A DNA stretch of 61,682 nucleotides from assembly GCA_964504645.1 (NCBI GenBank), contig CAZDGB010000001.1, positions 10,247 to 71,928 on the forward strand. Direction: 5' to 3'. The stretch comes from an uncultured Planctomycetaceae bacterium (GTDB taxonomy: Bacteria; Planctomycetota; Planctomycetia; Planctomycetales; Planctomycetaceae). Every line of letters begins with the position of its first letter. Positions within the stretch are counted from its first letter, which is position 1. A model generated the notes under the pieces. The model saw nothing but the letters and a program-made list of their open reading frames with translations, did not search any database and was not told where the DNA came from. Shown here one piece after another: positions 50,228 through 58,674 of the stretch. Made by a program: the position numbers and the translations under genes.

Positions 50228-51481
50228 ATGCTCGCCGGGATGACTTCCTCCCCCATTGAGACGGCCCGGCTCGACAACGGTCTGACGCTGCTGGTCGAAA
50301 CGCTGCCCGACGTCCAATCGGCCGCGTGGTCGCTGATGATTCCCGCCGGCAGCGCAGCCGAACCGGAGGGAGCGAACGGCGTGGCGGCCACGCTGTGCGA
50401 CTGGCTCTTCCGCGGCGCGGGGCCGTACTCGAATCAGGAATTGTCCGGCGAGCTCGATTCGCTCGGCATCCAGAATCACGAATCGGTCTCTGCCAGCCAT
50501 ATCACGCTGCAAGGGGCGTGTCTCGCGAAAAATCTGCCGGCGGCGTTCGGCGTTTACGGCGAGATTGTCCAGCGGCCGCTGCTGGAGGAAGAAGAATTCG
50601 AGCCGACGCTGATGGGCGTCGCGCAGTCGCTGCAGGCGCTGGAAGACGACCCGCGGCAGAAAGTGATGGTGGAACTCGTCCGCCGCTGCTATCCGCCGCC
50701 GTGGAACCGTCCGCCGGAAGGGACGCTGGAGGAATTGGAGTCCATCGCGCCGAAAAAGGTCCGCGGCCATTTCCAGTCAAGCTTCTCACCGCACGACGCG
50801 ATTCTGGGCGTCGCGGGGAATGTAAAATTTGACGATGTGCTGGCGGTCGTGCGGAAGACCTTCGGCGACTGGCCGGTGCGAAAGCCTCTTCACATCGCGA
50901 CGGCGCAGCCGCGAGCCGGATCGCGGCACCATTTGCCGCAAGAATCGACGCAGACGCAGATCGGCGTGGCGTACCGGGCGGTGCCCTATCGCGATCCCGA
51001 TTACTACGCCGCGTGGGCCGCGGTGAGCATTCTCAGCGGCGGCATGAGCTCGCGGCTGCTCGCCGAAGTCCGCGAGAAGCGCGGCTTGTGCTATTCGATT
51101 TACGCCTCGCTCCACAGCCTGAAAGACGCCGGCTACGTGCTCTGCTACGCCGGCACTACCAACGAGCGTGCCGCGGAGACCTTGGAATTGACGATCCGTG
51201 AATTGCGGCGGTTGCAGGACGGGATCGCCGTCGACGAATTGAGCCGCTGCCGGGCGCGGGCGAAAAGTTCGCTGATCATGTCGCAGGAGTCGACCAGCTC
51301 GCGGGCGTCGTCGCTGGCGCGAGACTGGTATTACCTCGGTCGAACGGTGACGCTCGACGAAATCCGCGGCCGGATCGAAGCGTTGACGCCGGACCACGTC
51401 GTCGATTACGTCCGCCGCCACCCGGCGGAGGATTTCACGCTGGTGACGATGGGACCGAAAGAACTCGGCGTTTCCGGTTAG
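50228..51481 (+). CDS. M16-family peptidase-like protein lacking the HxxEH zinc motif (non-catalytic partner)
   Basis: RLDNGLTLLVE ... GVAATLCDWLFRGAG sits where HFLEHMxFKG is expected. The rest has the M16 fold layout. Confidence 0.8.
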   Translation: MLAGMTSSPIETARLDNGLTLLVETLPDVQSAAWSLMIPAGSAAEPEGANGVAATLCDWLFRGAGPYSNQELSGELDSLGIQNHESVSASHITLQGACLAKNLPAAFGVYGEIVQRPLLEEEEFEPTLMGVAQSLQALEDDPRQKVMVELVRRCYPPPWNRPPEGTLEELESIAPKKVRGHFQSSFSPHDAILGVAGNVKFDDVLAVVRKTFGDWPVRKPLHIATAQPRAGSRHHLPQESTQTQIGVAYRAVPYRDPDYYAAWAAVSILSGGMSSRLLAEVREKRGLCYSIYASLHSLKDAGYVLCYAGTTNERAAETLELTIRELRRLQDGIAVDELSRCRARAKSSLIMSQESTSSRASSLARDWYYLGRTVTLDEIRGRIEALTPDHVVDYVRRHPAEDFTLVTMGPKELGVSG

Positions 51482-51541
51482 CCGCGACGCGAAGGGTTTC
51501 CGAGCGGAGCGCTTCGCAAAGCCTCCGCGTCGCGGCTAACC

Positions 51542-52804
51542 ATGAATCACAACATCAACAAACAACTCATGAACTTCCATCACGCTACGCTTGCTAACGG
51601 TCTCGATGTCGTCGCGGAGCTCAATCCGGCGGTGCACAGCGTGGCGTTCGGGTTCTTCGTGAAGGCTGGGTCGCGGGATGAGACGCCGGACGTGCATGGC
51701 GTCAGCCATTTTCTGGAGCACATGGCGTTCAAGGGGACCGAGCGGTTTTCGGCCGAGGATGTCAATCGCATCTTCGACGACTTCGGGGCCGACTACAACG
51801 CGGCGACGAGCGAGGAATCGACGGTGTTCTACGCCGCCGTGTTGCCGGAGTACTTGCCGCAGACGTTCGAGCTGCAAGCGGCGCTGGTGCAGCCGTCGCT
51901 GCGCGACGACGACTTCCAGACCGAGAAGAAGATCATCCTGGAAGAGATCGGCATGTACGACGATCAGCCGCACATCGTGGCGTACGACGCCATTATGCAG
52001 ACACACTTTCAGGGGCATCCGCTGGGCTGCACGATTCTCGGCACGACCCAAAGCATCACCGATCTCACGCCGGACCAGATGCGGCACTATCATCGCGAGC
52101 ATTACGGGGCGGGGAACATCGTGCTCGCCGTCGCGGGGAACGCCGACTGGGACGACGTGCTGTCGCTGGCGAAACAACACTGCGCCGCGTGGCCGGCGGG
52201 CGTCGCTCCGCGGGCGTTGAAACCGGCGGCGGGCGCCGGCGGGTGCCGCGTCATCACGCGAGACGCGTTGCAGATGGAACAGGTGATGCAGATCGGCCCG
52301 GCGCCGGATGTGTTCGACCCGCTGCGCTACGCCGCCGAATTGCTGACGGTGATCGTCGGCGACGAACAGAACAGCCGTTTGTTCTGGGGACTCGTCGATC
52401 CCGGATATGCGGAGCTCGCCGAGCTGAACTACAACGATTTCGACGATACGGGAACGTATCTGTTCCTGTTGAGCGGTGAACCAGAGGAGACGGCTGAGAA
52501 TTTGTCTCGCGCCGCGGCGATTCTCGACGCCGTCAACCGCGAGGGGGTGACCGAGCGCGAGCTGCAGCAGGCGAAGACGAAAGTCGCCTCGCGGATCGTG
52601 CTGCGCGGCGAGCGGCCAATGGGTCGCTTGTCGTCGTTGGGAGGGAACTGGCTGGCCCGCAAGGAATATCGGACGATCGCCGATGATCTGCGGACGGTCG
52701 AAGCCCTCACGCGGGATGACATTCGGCAGTTGCTCGACCGCTTCCCGCTGAAATTGCAGACGACCGTCGGCGTCGGCCCGTTGAGCGAGATTCGCGTCCC
52801 TTAG
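51542..52804 (+). CDS. M16-family zinc peptidase (catalytic subunit)
   Basis: LANGLDVVAE ... GVSHFLEHMAFKGTERFSAEDVN (HxxEH) ... EEIGMY (downstream Glu). Confidence 0.85.
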   Translation: MNHNINKQLMNFHHATLANGLDVVAELNPAVHSVAFGFFVKAGSRDETPDVHGVSHFLEHMAFKGTERFSAEDVNRIFDDFGADYNAATSEESTVFYAAVLPEYLPQTFELQAALVQPSLRDDDFQTEKKIILEEIGMYDDQPHIVAYDAIMQTHFQGHPLGCTILGTTQSITDLTPDQMRHYHREHYGAGNIVLAVAGNADWDDVLSLAKQHCAAWPAGVAPRALKPAAGAGGCRVITRDALQMEQVMQIGPAPDVFDPLRYAAELLTVIVGDEQNSRLFWGLVDPGYAELAELNYNDFDDTGTYLFLLSGEPEETAENLSRAAAILDAVNREGVTERELQQAKTKVASRIVLRGERPMGRLSSLGGNWLARKEYRTIADDLRTVEALTRDDIRQLLDRFPLKLQTTVGVGPLSEIRVP

Positions 52805-53079
52805 CGGCGTTGCGCAGAATCATCATTTTCGCCGAATTTCTGCAACGCGATCAAAACGAAGCGGGTAGATTCTACCAACACGGTCGCCGTGCGCGCCGAA
52901 CAGGCGGCGAGGCAGTTTTTGTGATCCGCCTCGTTGCGGACGGCGTTCAGTTCCATTGAGTCGGCGCACGAAAATCGCCAAGATACACGGCGACGCTGCC
53001 AGGGAACTCTGCGGCACACTCGAATTCCGGCCGTCGCTGGGGCGGCGGCCGACCCTCTTTCGCTGAAGGATGCACTAGA

Positions 53080-54816
53080 ATGAGACGATTCAGGATGCGG
53101 GCGGCATGGGCGTGGACGTTGGCAGCGTGCCTGGCGGTGACGGCCGTTCCGGTCCGGGCGGAGGACGACGATGAGGACGGCGCCGGCGGCGAATCGCTGC
53201 TGCCGCGGGAAACGCTCGTCTACTTCTCCATCCCCAGCCTCCCCGAATTCAAGGAGCAGCTCGACAACTCGCTCTTCGGCGAAATGCTGAAAGATCCCGA
53301 GCTGCAGCCGTTCATCGACGGCGTGAAAGCGAAGATCGGCGAAGGCGCCGGCGCGATCAAGGACGAAGTCGGCGTCTCGCTGGAAGACATCCTGGCGATT
53401 CCCTCCGGCGAAATCACGTTCGCCGCCGTCGAACTCTCCACGCGGAAAATCGGCCTGGTCCTGCTGCTGGAGTACGGCGACCACAAGTCGACGGTCGACA
53501 CCCTCTTGGACAAGATGGAAGGCGCGCTCAAGGAGATGGGCGGCGAAGTCGAGGGTGAGGACGTGGAAGGCGTCAATATCCGCACCTTCACGTTCCCGTC
53601 GGAACAGGACCTGCCGTTCGACAAGATGGCCTACTTCGACCACGACGAATATCTCGTCCTCGCCAGCGATCCCGAGGCGCTCAAGGCGATTCTGGAGCGT
53701 TGGGACGGCAAGAGCGACGACACGTTCGCCGAACACGACACCTACAAGTACCTAATGGAAAAATGCGTCGCCGAAGGCCAGGAGCCGGCCCTCAAGTGGT
53801 TCGTCAATCCGATCGGCTTGGCGCAGTCGGTCATCGGCATGATGCAGGCGGAATACCCGCAGGCCGGCATGGCGCTCGGCGTGTTGCCGATCCTTGGTTT
53901 GGACAAGCTCAAGGCGCTGGGCGGCGCCGGCCTGGTGAGCGTCGATGATTTCGACGGACTGTCCAAGATGTTCATCTACGTCGACCAGCCGACGACGGGC
54001 ATCCTGAATCTGTTCCAATTCCCCGCCGCGGAACTGGCTCCGCCGAAGTGGGTGCCGGCCGACGTCGGCATGTACTGGGCCATGAACTGGAACGTGGCCA
54101 GCGCGTACAGCGCGACGGAGATCCTGTTCGATTCGTTCTCCGGACCGGGTTCGTTCGGGAAGATTATCGACCAGATGGCGGAGCGCGAGGACGGCCCCGG
54201 CCTGCATTTGAAGAAGGACGTGATCGATCAACTCTCCGGACAGATCCATGTCGTCATGGGGGAAAGCGAAGCTGAGGATGGCTTGGCGCCGACGCCGAAG
54301 ATGATGTTCGCGCTCGATCTGAAGAATCCGTCGAAGATGAACGCCGTGCTGGCCAAGGCCGCGAAGTCGGACGGCTTCCGCGGCGAGACGCGCGACTTCG
54401 AAGGGACGACGATTTACGACGTGGAAGGGGCCGGGGACGGCAATGCGTCGCTGGCAGTCGCCGAAAAGCACCTCTTCATCGCCACGGATACGGCTCTCTT
54501 GGAGAACGCGTTGCGGCCGCGGAGCGAGATGCCCGCGCTCGCCGCCGATCCCGTCTACAAGAAGCTGGCGGCGAAGTTCCCGAAGAAAGCGTCGATGGTG
54601 GGCTACCAGAACGGCAGCAGCCAGTTGAAGTCGGTCTACCAGGTGATGAAATCGGGCAACATCCCCGGCGACGTGCCGGAGGACGTCCGCGAATTGATCG
54701 GCAAGCTGCCCGACTTCGAAGTTCTCGAGAAGTACCTGCGGGCGAACGGCAGCTACACCGTGCCCGACAAGAAGGGGGCGTTGACCACGTCGTTCACCCT
54801 CCGCGATCAGGACTAA
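53080..54816 (+). CDS. secreted hypothetical protein (578 aa)
   Basis: Signal peptide MRRFRMRAAWAWTLAACLAVTAVPVRA, followed by an acidic stretch. Strong coding bias. No family confidently recognised. Confidence 0.6.
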   Translation: MRRFRMRAAWAWTLAACLAVTAVPVRAEDDDEDGAGGESLLPRETLVYFSIPSLPEFKEQLDNSLFGEMLKDPELQPFIDGVKAKIGEGAGAIKDEVGVSLEDILAIPSGEITFAAVELSTRKIGLVLLLEYGDHKSTVDTLLDKMEGALKEMGGEVEGEDVEGVNIRTFTFPSEQDLPFDKMAYFDHDEYLVLASDPEALKAILERWDGKSDDTFAEHDTYKYLMEKCVAEGQEPALKWFVNPIGLAQSVIGMMQAEYPQAGMALGVLPILGLDKLKALGGAGLVSVDDFDGLSKMFIYVDQPTTGILNLFQFPAAELAPPKWVPADVGMYWAMNWNVASAYSATEILFDSFSGPGSFGKIIDQMAEREDGPGLHLKKDVIDQLSGQIHVVMGESEAEDGLAPTPKMMFALDLKNPSKMNAVLAKAAKSDGFRGETRDFEGTTIYDVEGAGDGNASLAVAEKHLFIATDTALLENALRPRSEMPALAADPVYKKLAAKFPKKASMVGYQNGSSQLKSVYQVMKSGNIPGDVPEDVRELIGKLPDFEVLEKYLRANGSYTVPDKKGALTTSFTLRDQD

Positions 54817-54849
54817 CCGGCGTTCCCTTCCACGCTTGCAAGTTCGCAG

Positions 54850-54884
54850 CCGCCGGGACGGTTTTACCGTCCCGGCGGTTTTTT
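54850..54884 (+). terminator. Rho-independent terminator
   Basis: CCGCCGGGACGG (54850-54861), loop TTTTA, CCGTCCCGGCGG (54867-54878), then TTTTTT. Lies 34 nt after the stop at 54816. Confidence 0.85.
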
Positions 54885-54994
54885 GTTGCATGAATTCGGG
54901 CCGGCCGGCGATACCCATTCCCGTTCGTCGGGTTCAATCTGGTATCGTGTAGGACAAATCCCGGCTTCGGTCGATCCGTCAGGGAGCCTCAATC

Positions 54995-55918
54995 ATGCGT
55001 CCCATCCAATTGTTCTTCGGCGTTGCAATCTGCTTCCTTTTCCATGCGAATCTCCCGGCGGAAGACGGCGTGCCGGAGGCGAAGGCGTTGTTCCAGAAAC
55101 TCGACGCCAACGGCGACGGGAAACTCGTCGCCAAGGAAGTTCCCGAGGAGCAGACGCGCTTCTTCGAACGGCTGCTGCGGAACGAAGATAAGAACAAAGA
55201 CGGCGAGCTGTCGCTCGACGAGTTTCTCGCCGGGCACAAGTCCGACGACGGACCCGGCTTGCCGTTGAACGGCCTCGGCGGACCCGCCCGCGGCCGCGGC
55301 GACCTCAAGCAGCGGTTCGAAATGCTCGATCGAAACAAGGACGGCAAAGTCACCCGCGACGAAGTTCCCCCCTTCGCCCGCGAACGATTGCAGCCGTTGT
55401 TCGACCGGCTCGGCAAGGATGAAATTTCACTCGAAGACTTCACGCGGATGCAGCGGCCCCCCGGTGGTGAGCGCCCGGGGATGGAGCGCGGCGAAGGCGC
55501 CCGCCCGCGCGGACCATTGATCGCCCGTTTGCTCGACGCCAACGGCGACGGCCGCATCAGCAAAGCCGAGTTGGCCAAGGCCGCCGATTTGTTCGAGCAA
55601 CTCGATCAGAACCAGGACGGCGAGTTGGACATGTTCGAATTGCTCGGCCCGCCGCCGGACGGACCGCGGCCGCGCGGCCCGGAAATGGAACGGGGCGAAG
55701 GAGGCCGGCCGGATCGTCCATTCTTCGCGCGGATGGACGCCAATCAAGACGGCAAGCTCACCAAGGACGAGTTGCCCGAACGCTTGCGCGACCGGTTCGA
55801 TCAGCTTGACCGCAACCAGGACGGAACCCTGTCGCCCGACGAACTCCCCGCGGGCCCCGGCCGGCGACCCGAGTCGCCCGACAGTCCCGCACGTCCGAAA
55901 CGGCCGGCGGCGGAGTAA
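54995..55918 (+). CDS. secreted EF-hand calcium-binding repeat protein
   Basis: AGGGAG RBS and a signal peptide. Seven DxDxDG-type loops: DANGDGKLVAKE, DKNKDGELSLDE, DRNKDGKVTRDE, DANGDGRISKAE, DQNQDGELDMFE, DANQDGKLTKDE, DRNQDGTLSPDE. Confidence 0.8.
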   Translation: MRPIQLFFGVAICFLFHANLPAEDGVPEAKALFQKLDANGDGKLVAKEVPEEQTRFFERLLRNEDKNKDGELSLDEFLAGHKSDDGPGLPLNGLGGPARGRGDLKQRFEMLDRNKDGKVTRDEVPPFARERLQPLFDRLGKDEISLEDFTRMQRPPGGERPGMERGEGARPRGPLIARLLDANGDGRISKAELAKAADLFEQLDQNQDGELDMFELLGPPPDGPRPRGPEMERGEGGRPDRPFFARMDANQDGKLTKDELPERLRDRFDQLDRNQDGTLSPDELPAGPGRRPESPDSPARPKRPAAE

Positions 55919-55927
55919 TCATTTTCC

Positions 55928-55985
55928 GAGCGGGGGGCGTGAGCCCCCTGGTTCAGCGTCCACAGGGGGCTTACGCCCCCCGCTC
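55928..55985. repeat. 23-bp-arm hairpin repeat (GGGGCGTGAGCCCCC type)
   Basis: GAGCGGGGGGCGTGAGCCCCCTG (55928-55950) pairs with CAGGGGGCTTACGCCCCCCGCTC (55963-55985), one mismatch. Begins 10 nt after the EF-hand gene stop. Confidence 0.75.
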
Positions 55986-55991
55986 AGTGGA

Positions 55992-56034
55992 CTCAAAACA
56001 AAACGGCTCCGCATCGGTTAGGATGCGGAGCCGT
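55992..56034 (-). terminator. Rho-independent terminator for the Skp-like gene
   Basis: Stem CGGCTCCGCATC (56004-56015) pairs with GATGCGGAGCCG (56022-56033). On the minus strand it is followed by TTTGTTTTG. Confidence 0.75.
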
Positions 56035-56065
56035 TGAATTCAAGCACTCGGCGAACAGCGAAACG

Positions 56066-56761
56066 CTATTCGATTTCCTTTGACTTCTTCGCTTCGGCCG
56101 TCTTCTTCTCGTCGGACTTCTTCTTCGGCTTGGTCTGCTCGGCATCGGCCGTCGGCTTCGTTTCGGCGGGCGGCGCGGCTTCGGTCGCCGGGGCCGGCTT
56201 CACTTCGGTCGACGTCTTGCGGGTCTGCAGCGCGAGGATCACGTCGTTGGTGATGTCGCTGCCGGGTTCCACGCTCAACAGCAGCGCGTCGTTCTTCGGA
56301 ATGACGATGCTGAAGCCCTTCTTGGCGGCGATTTCCTGCGCCACCGGGCGGACGACCGCGCGGAACTGAACCTTCAGCTGGTTCTCGAACTTCGCGAGCT
56401 CGGCCTGGGCCTGGTTCTGCATCATTTGCCGTTTGGCGTTCGCCGTGGCCGATTCCTTCTGAATCTTCCGGGCTTCTTCCGCCGGAACCTGCTCCGGATG
56501 CTCGGCTTTGACTTCTTCGATCAGCGTTTTGAGTCCCTCGGTCAGCTCGGTGTCGGCCTTGACGAGGGCGTTGTTGAGCGAGACCTTCTTCATCTTGAGC
56601 ATGTCGTCGAGGCGGGCGCTGACGCCGACCGCTTTCGCGATCTCATCCAGGTCGACGACCGCGAGTCCGCCCTTGGCCGAGCTCGCCGATCCCTGCCAGC
56701 CGCAACCGATGACCCCCGCCAGCGAGCCGGCGAGGACGCAGCACAGTCCCCAGTGACGCAT
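56066..56761 (-). CDS. OmpH/Skp-family periplasmic chaperone-like lipoprotein with Lys/Ala/Pro-rich tail
   Basis: Signal/lipobox LAGSLAGVIGCG. LAVVDLDEIAKAV..., then a long coiled-coil with KRQMMQNQAQAELAKFENQLKVQFRAVVRPVAQEIAAKKGFSIVI, the typical Skp layout. Confidence 0.7.
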   Translation of the reverse strand: MRHWGLCCVLAGSLAGVIGCGWQGSASSAKGGLAVVDLDEIAKAVGVSARLDDMLKMKKVSLNNALVKADTELTEGLKTLIEEVKAEHPEQVPAEEARKIQKESATANAKRQMMQNQAQAELAKFENQLKVQFRAVVRPVAQEIAAKKGFSIVIPKNDALLLSVEPGSDITNDVILALQTRKTSTEVKPAPATEAAPPAETKPTADAEQTKPKKKSDEKKTAEAKKSKEIE

Positions 56762-56846
56762 GAAAACCTCCTTGTTTTGGTGGAATTGTGTGGTGAGTGG
56801 CGGGGTTGTAGTTCAGATGCATTCACGCGTCCAGATCAGTTTGGCC

Positions 56847-56929
56847 GGGGTTGAGGGTTTATGGTTGAGGGTGGAAAAGACGGCGGCCAGATCTGCCCGT
56901 CTAGCTCTCAACCATCAACTCTCAACCCC
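56847..56929. repeat. GGTTGAGGG/CCCTCAACC hairpin repeat between porin and Skp genes
   Basis: GGGGTTGAGGGTTTATGGTTGAGGGTGG (56847-56874) against CTCTCAACCATCAACTCTCAACCCC (56905-56929). Confidence 0.8.
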
Positions 56930-56931
56930 CT

Positions 56932-58491
56932 TCACCAATCCACCTGTGCCCGCAAGCCGTAGATGTCGGTGGCGGCGTTGGGGAGCGTGAAACCCGATTG
57001 GTACGCGCGGATGTAGTTGAACTGGACCTTCGTGTAGCCGTTGAGATGCCAGTTGAGTCCCGCGGTGACGTCCAACAACCGGCCGCCGTTGATGTTGGCG
57101 TCGTTCAGGTTGATGTAAGAGCCCCGCAAGGCGAATTCCCAGGCTCCCGTGCCGCTGCCGCAGCCGTTATCGGTCAGGAACGGCGACTTCGGGATGATGC
57201 GGTCGAGCACGGCGAACTTGCGGTCGTACGGGCGGCTTTCTCCCGTCAGAAACACGCTGGCGAAGGCGTACATCCCCCAGAACGTCAGTTGCGGCCCGCC
57301 GTTCCGCTGGGCGAGCGTCGACAGCTGCGCCTCCGATTGGATCGAGACCGGGCCGTTGACGTACAAAAATTCCGTGCCGACGTTGCTGAAGAAGTGGATG
57401 GGAATGGCGCCGGTGTTCACGAACGGAGGCGTGCCGTTGATGATATTGGGAATGGCAATCTTGCTCGTGCCGATGGGACTGTTGGGATAGGATCCCAGCG
57501 CTCCGACGAAGGCTTCGGGGATCGTGGCGATGCGCAGCTCGTTGCTCTGCGGGTCGCCGACGTAGTAGCCGCTGCCCAGATGCAGGTAATGCAGGTCGTC
57601 GCCTTCCTGCTCGTAGAACGGCAGAAACGTGATGCGCCCGGCCGAGCCGTTGCCGCCGGCATCGCCGATGTCGTTGCCGAACAAGTCTTGTCCTTGCCGA
57701 AACGCCGACATGGCCCAGGTCATGGTCTCGTCTTCATTCCAGTCGTAGAACCCGAGGCCGATGCGGCGGAAGGGATCGAACGATTGAAACAGCAGCGAGC
57801 GCTCGAGAAACGTCTGGAACCGCACGCTGGTGACCACTTCGAGGCTGTAGGGCTGCTTCCACTGGCCGAAGCGGACGTTGCCGAAGAACGGCACCTTGGT
57901 GACTTCGCCCCACACGTCGGCGAACAAGGGCCGGCCCAGGGCGAAATCCAACTGGGCGAAGTAATTCACGTTCTCGATGACGCTGCCGCGCGCCGACAGA
58001 CGGAAGCGGCGGAAATCGGCCCCGTCCTGCACATTCCCGTTGAGCGCGTGGCTCTGCGGATCCTGGCCGAAGTACATCGTGTCGGCCTGAAAGAAGCCGT
58101 TGACGATGACGATGGGATACTTCAGTTGTGGCGGCAGATTGACGGCCGGCGCCGCGCCCGTCGTCGCGGGAGCGGGCGGCGGTTGCGTCCACAGCGATTC
58201 GAGCGGCGGCGCGGGCGACGGCGGCAAAGGGATGCGGCTCGCCATCCGGTCCGTCGCATACGGGTCTTCGAGGTACTCGACTTCGGGAGGCTCTGGCGGC
58301 AACTCGCCTGAAATCGGCGTGATATGTCGCAGCCGCGCGACTTCGGCTTCCAGTTGCGTCAAGCGCCGCGCCAACGCCTGCGATTCCGTTTCCTGCGCGC
58401 ACGCCGACTCCAGCAGCCCCTGCCACAACAGCAGCAGGAGGGGCAATACGCAAATGCGGAGCGGAAAATTCACAAGGGACGCCGGCGGCAA
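56932..58491 (-). CDS. phosphate-selective porin O/P-family outer-membrane protein
   Basis: Signal peptide and an N-terminal coiled coil (LARRLTQLEAEVARLR). A beta-barrel-type alternating pattern follows, ending ...GLNWHLNGYTKVQFNYIRAY...LRAQVDW (aromatic C-terminus). Confidence 0.6.
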   Translation of the reverse strand: MPPASLVNFPLRICVLPLLLLLWQGLLESACAQETESQALARRLTQLEAEVARLRHITPISGELPPEPPEVEYLEDPYATDRMASRIPLPPSPAPPLESLWTQPPPAPATTGAAPAVNLPPQLKYPIVIVNGFFQADTMYFGQDPQSHALNGNVQDGADFRRFRLSARGSVIENVNYFAQLDFALGRPLFADVWGEVTKVPFFGNVRFGQWKQPYSLEVVTSVRFQTFLERSLLFQSFDPFRRIGLGFYDWNEDETMTWAMSAFRQGQDLFGNDIGDAGGNGSAGRITFLPFYEQEGDDLHYLHLGSGYYVGDPQSNELRIATIPEAFVGALGSYPNSPIGTSKIAIPNIINGTPPFVNTGAIPIHFFSNVGTEFLYVNGPVSIQSEAQLSTLAQRNGGPQLTFWGMYAFASVFLTGESRPYDRKFAVLDRIIPKSPFLTDNGCGSGTGAWEFALRGSYINLNDANINGGRLLDVTAGLNWHLNGYTKVQFNYIRAYQSGFTLPNAATDIYGLRAQVDW

Positions 58492-58674
58492 CCAGGCTGT
58501 TGACGGGAGTTTGCGGGCTTGTAGTCCGCCGACAACTGAGCGTCAACGAGTCTCACCGGCCCCACGCCCCCGCGCCAGCAGGCCGCGCAGATTAGAGAAG
58601 CGCGACGAGCGATCTTCAATCGTCGGAAGAATTCGGAGCGGCAAAAGTTGCCGATGACGATCCGCCTGCCAGGC

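Noticed and set aside
52804-52850. CGGCGTTGCGCA just after the M16 stop codon matches the start of the conserved 27-nt block of the 205-bp element; considered as a possible third copy.
   Set aside because: The match is only 12-13 nt and the following sequence is unrelated.
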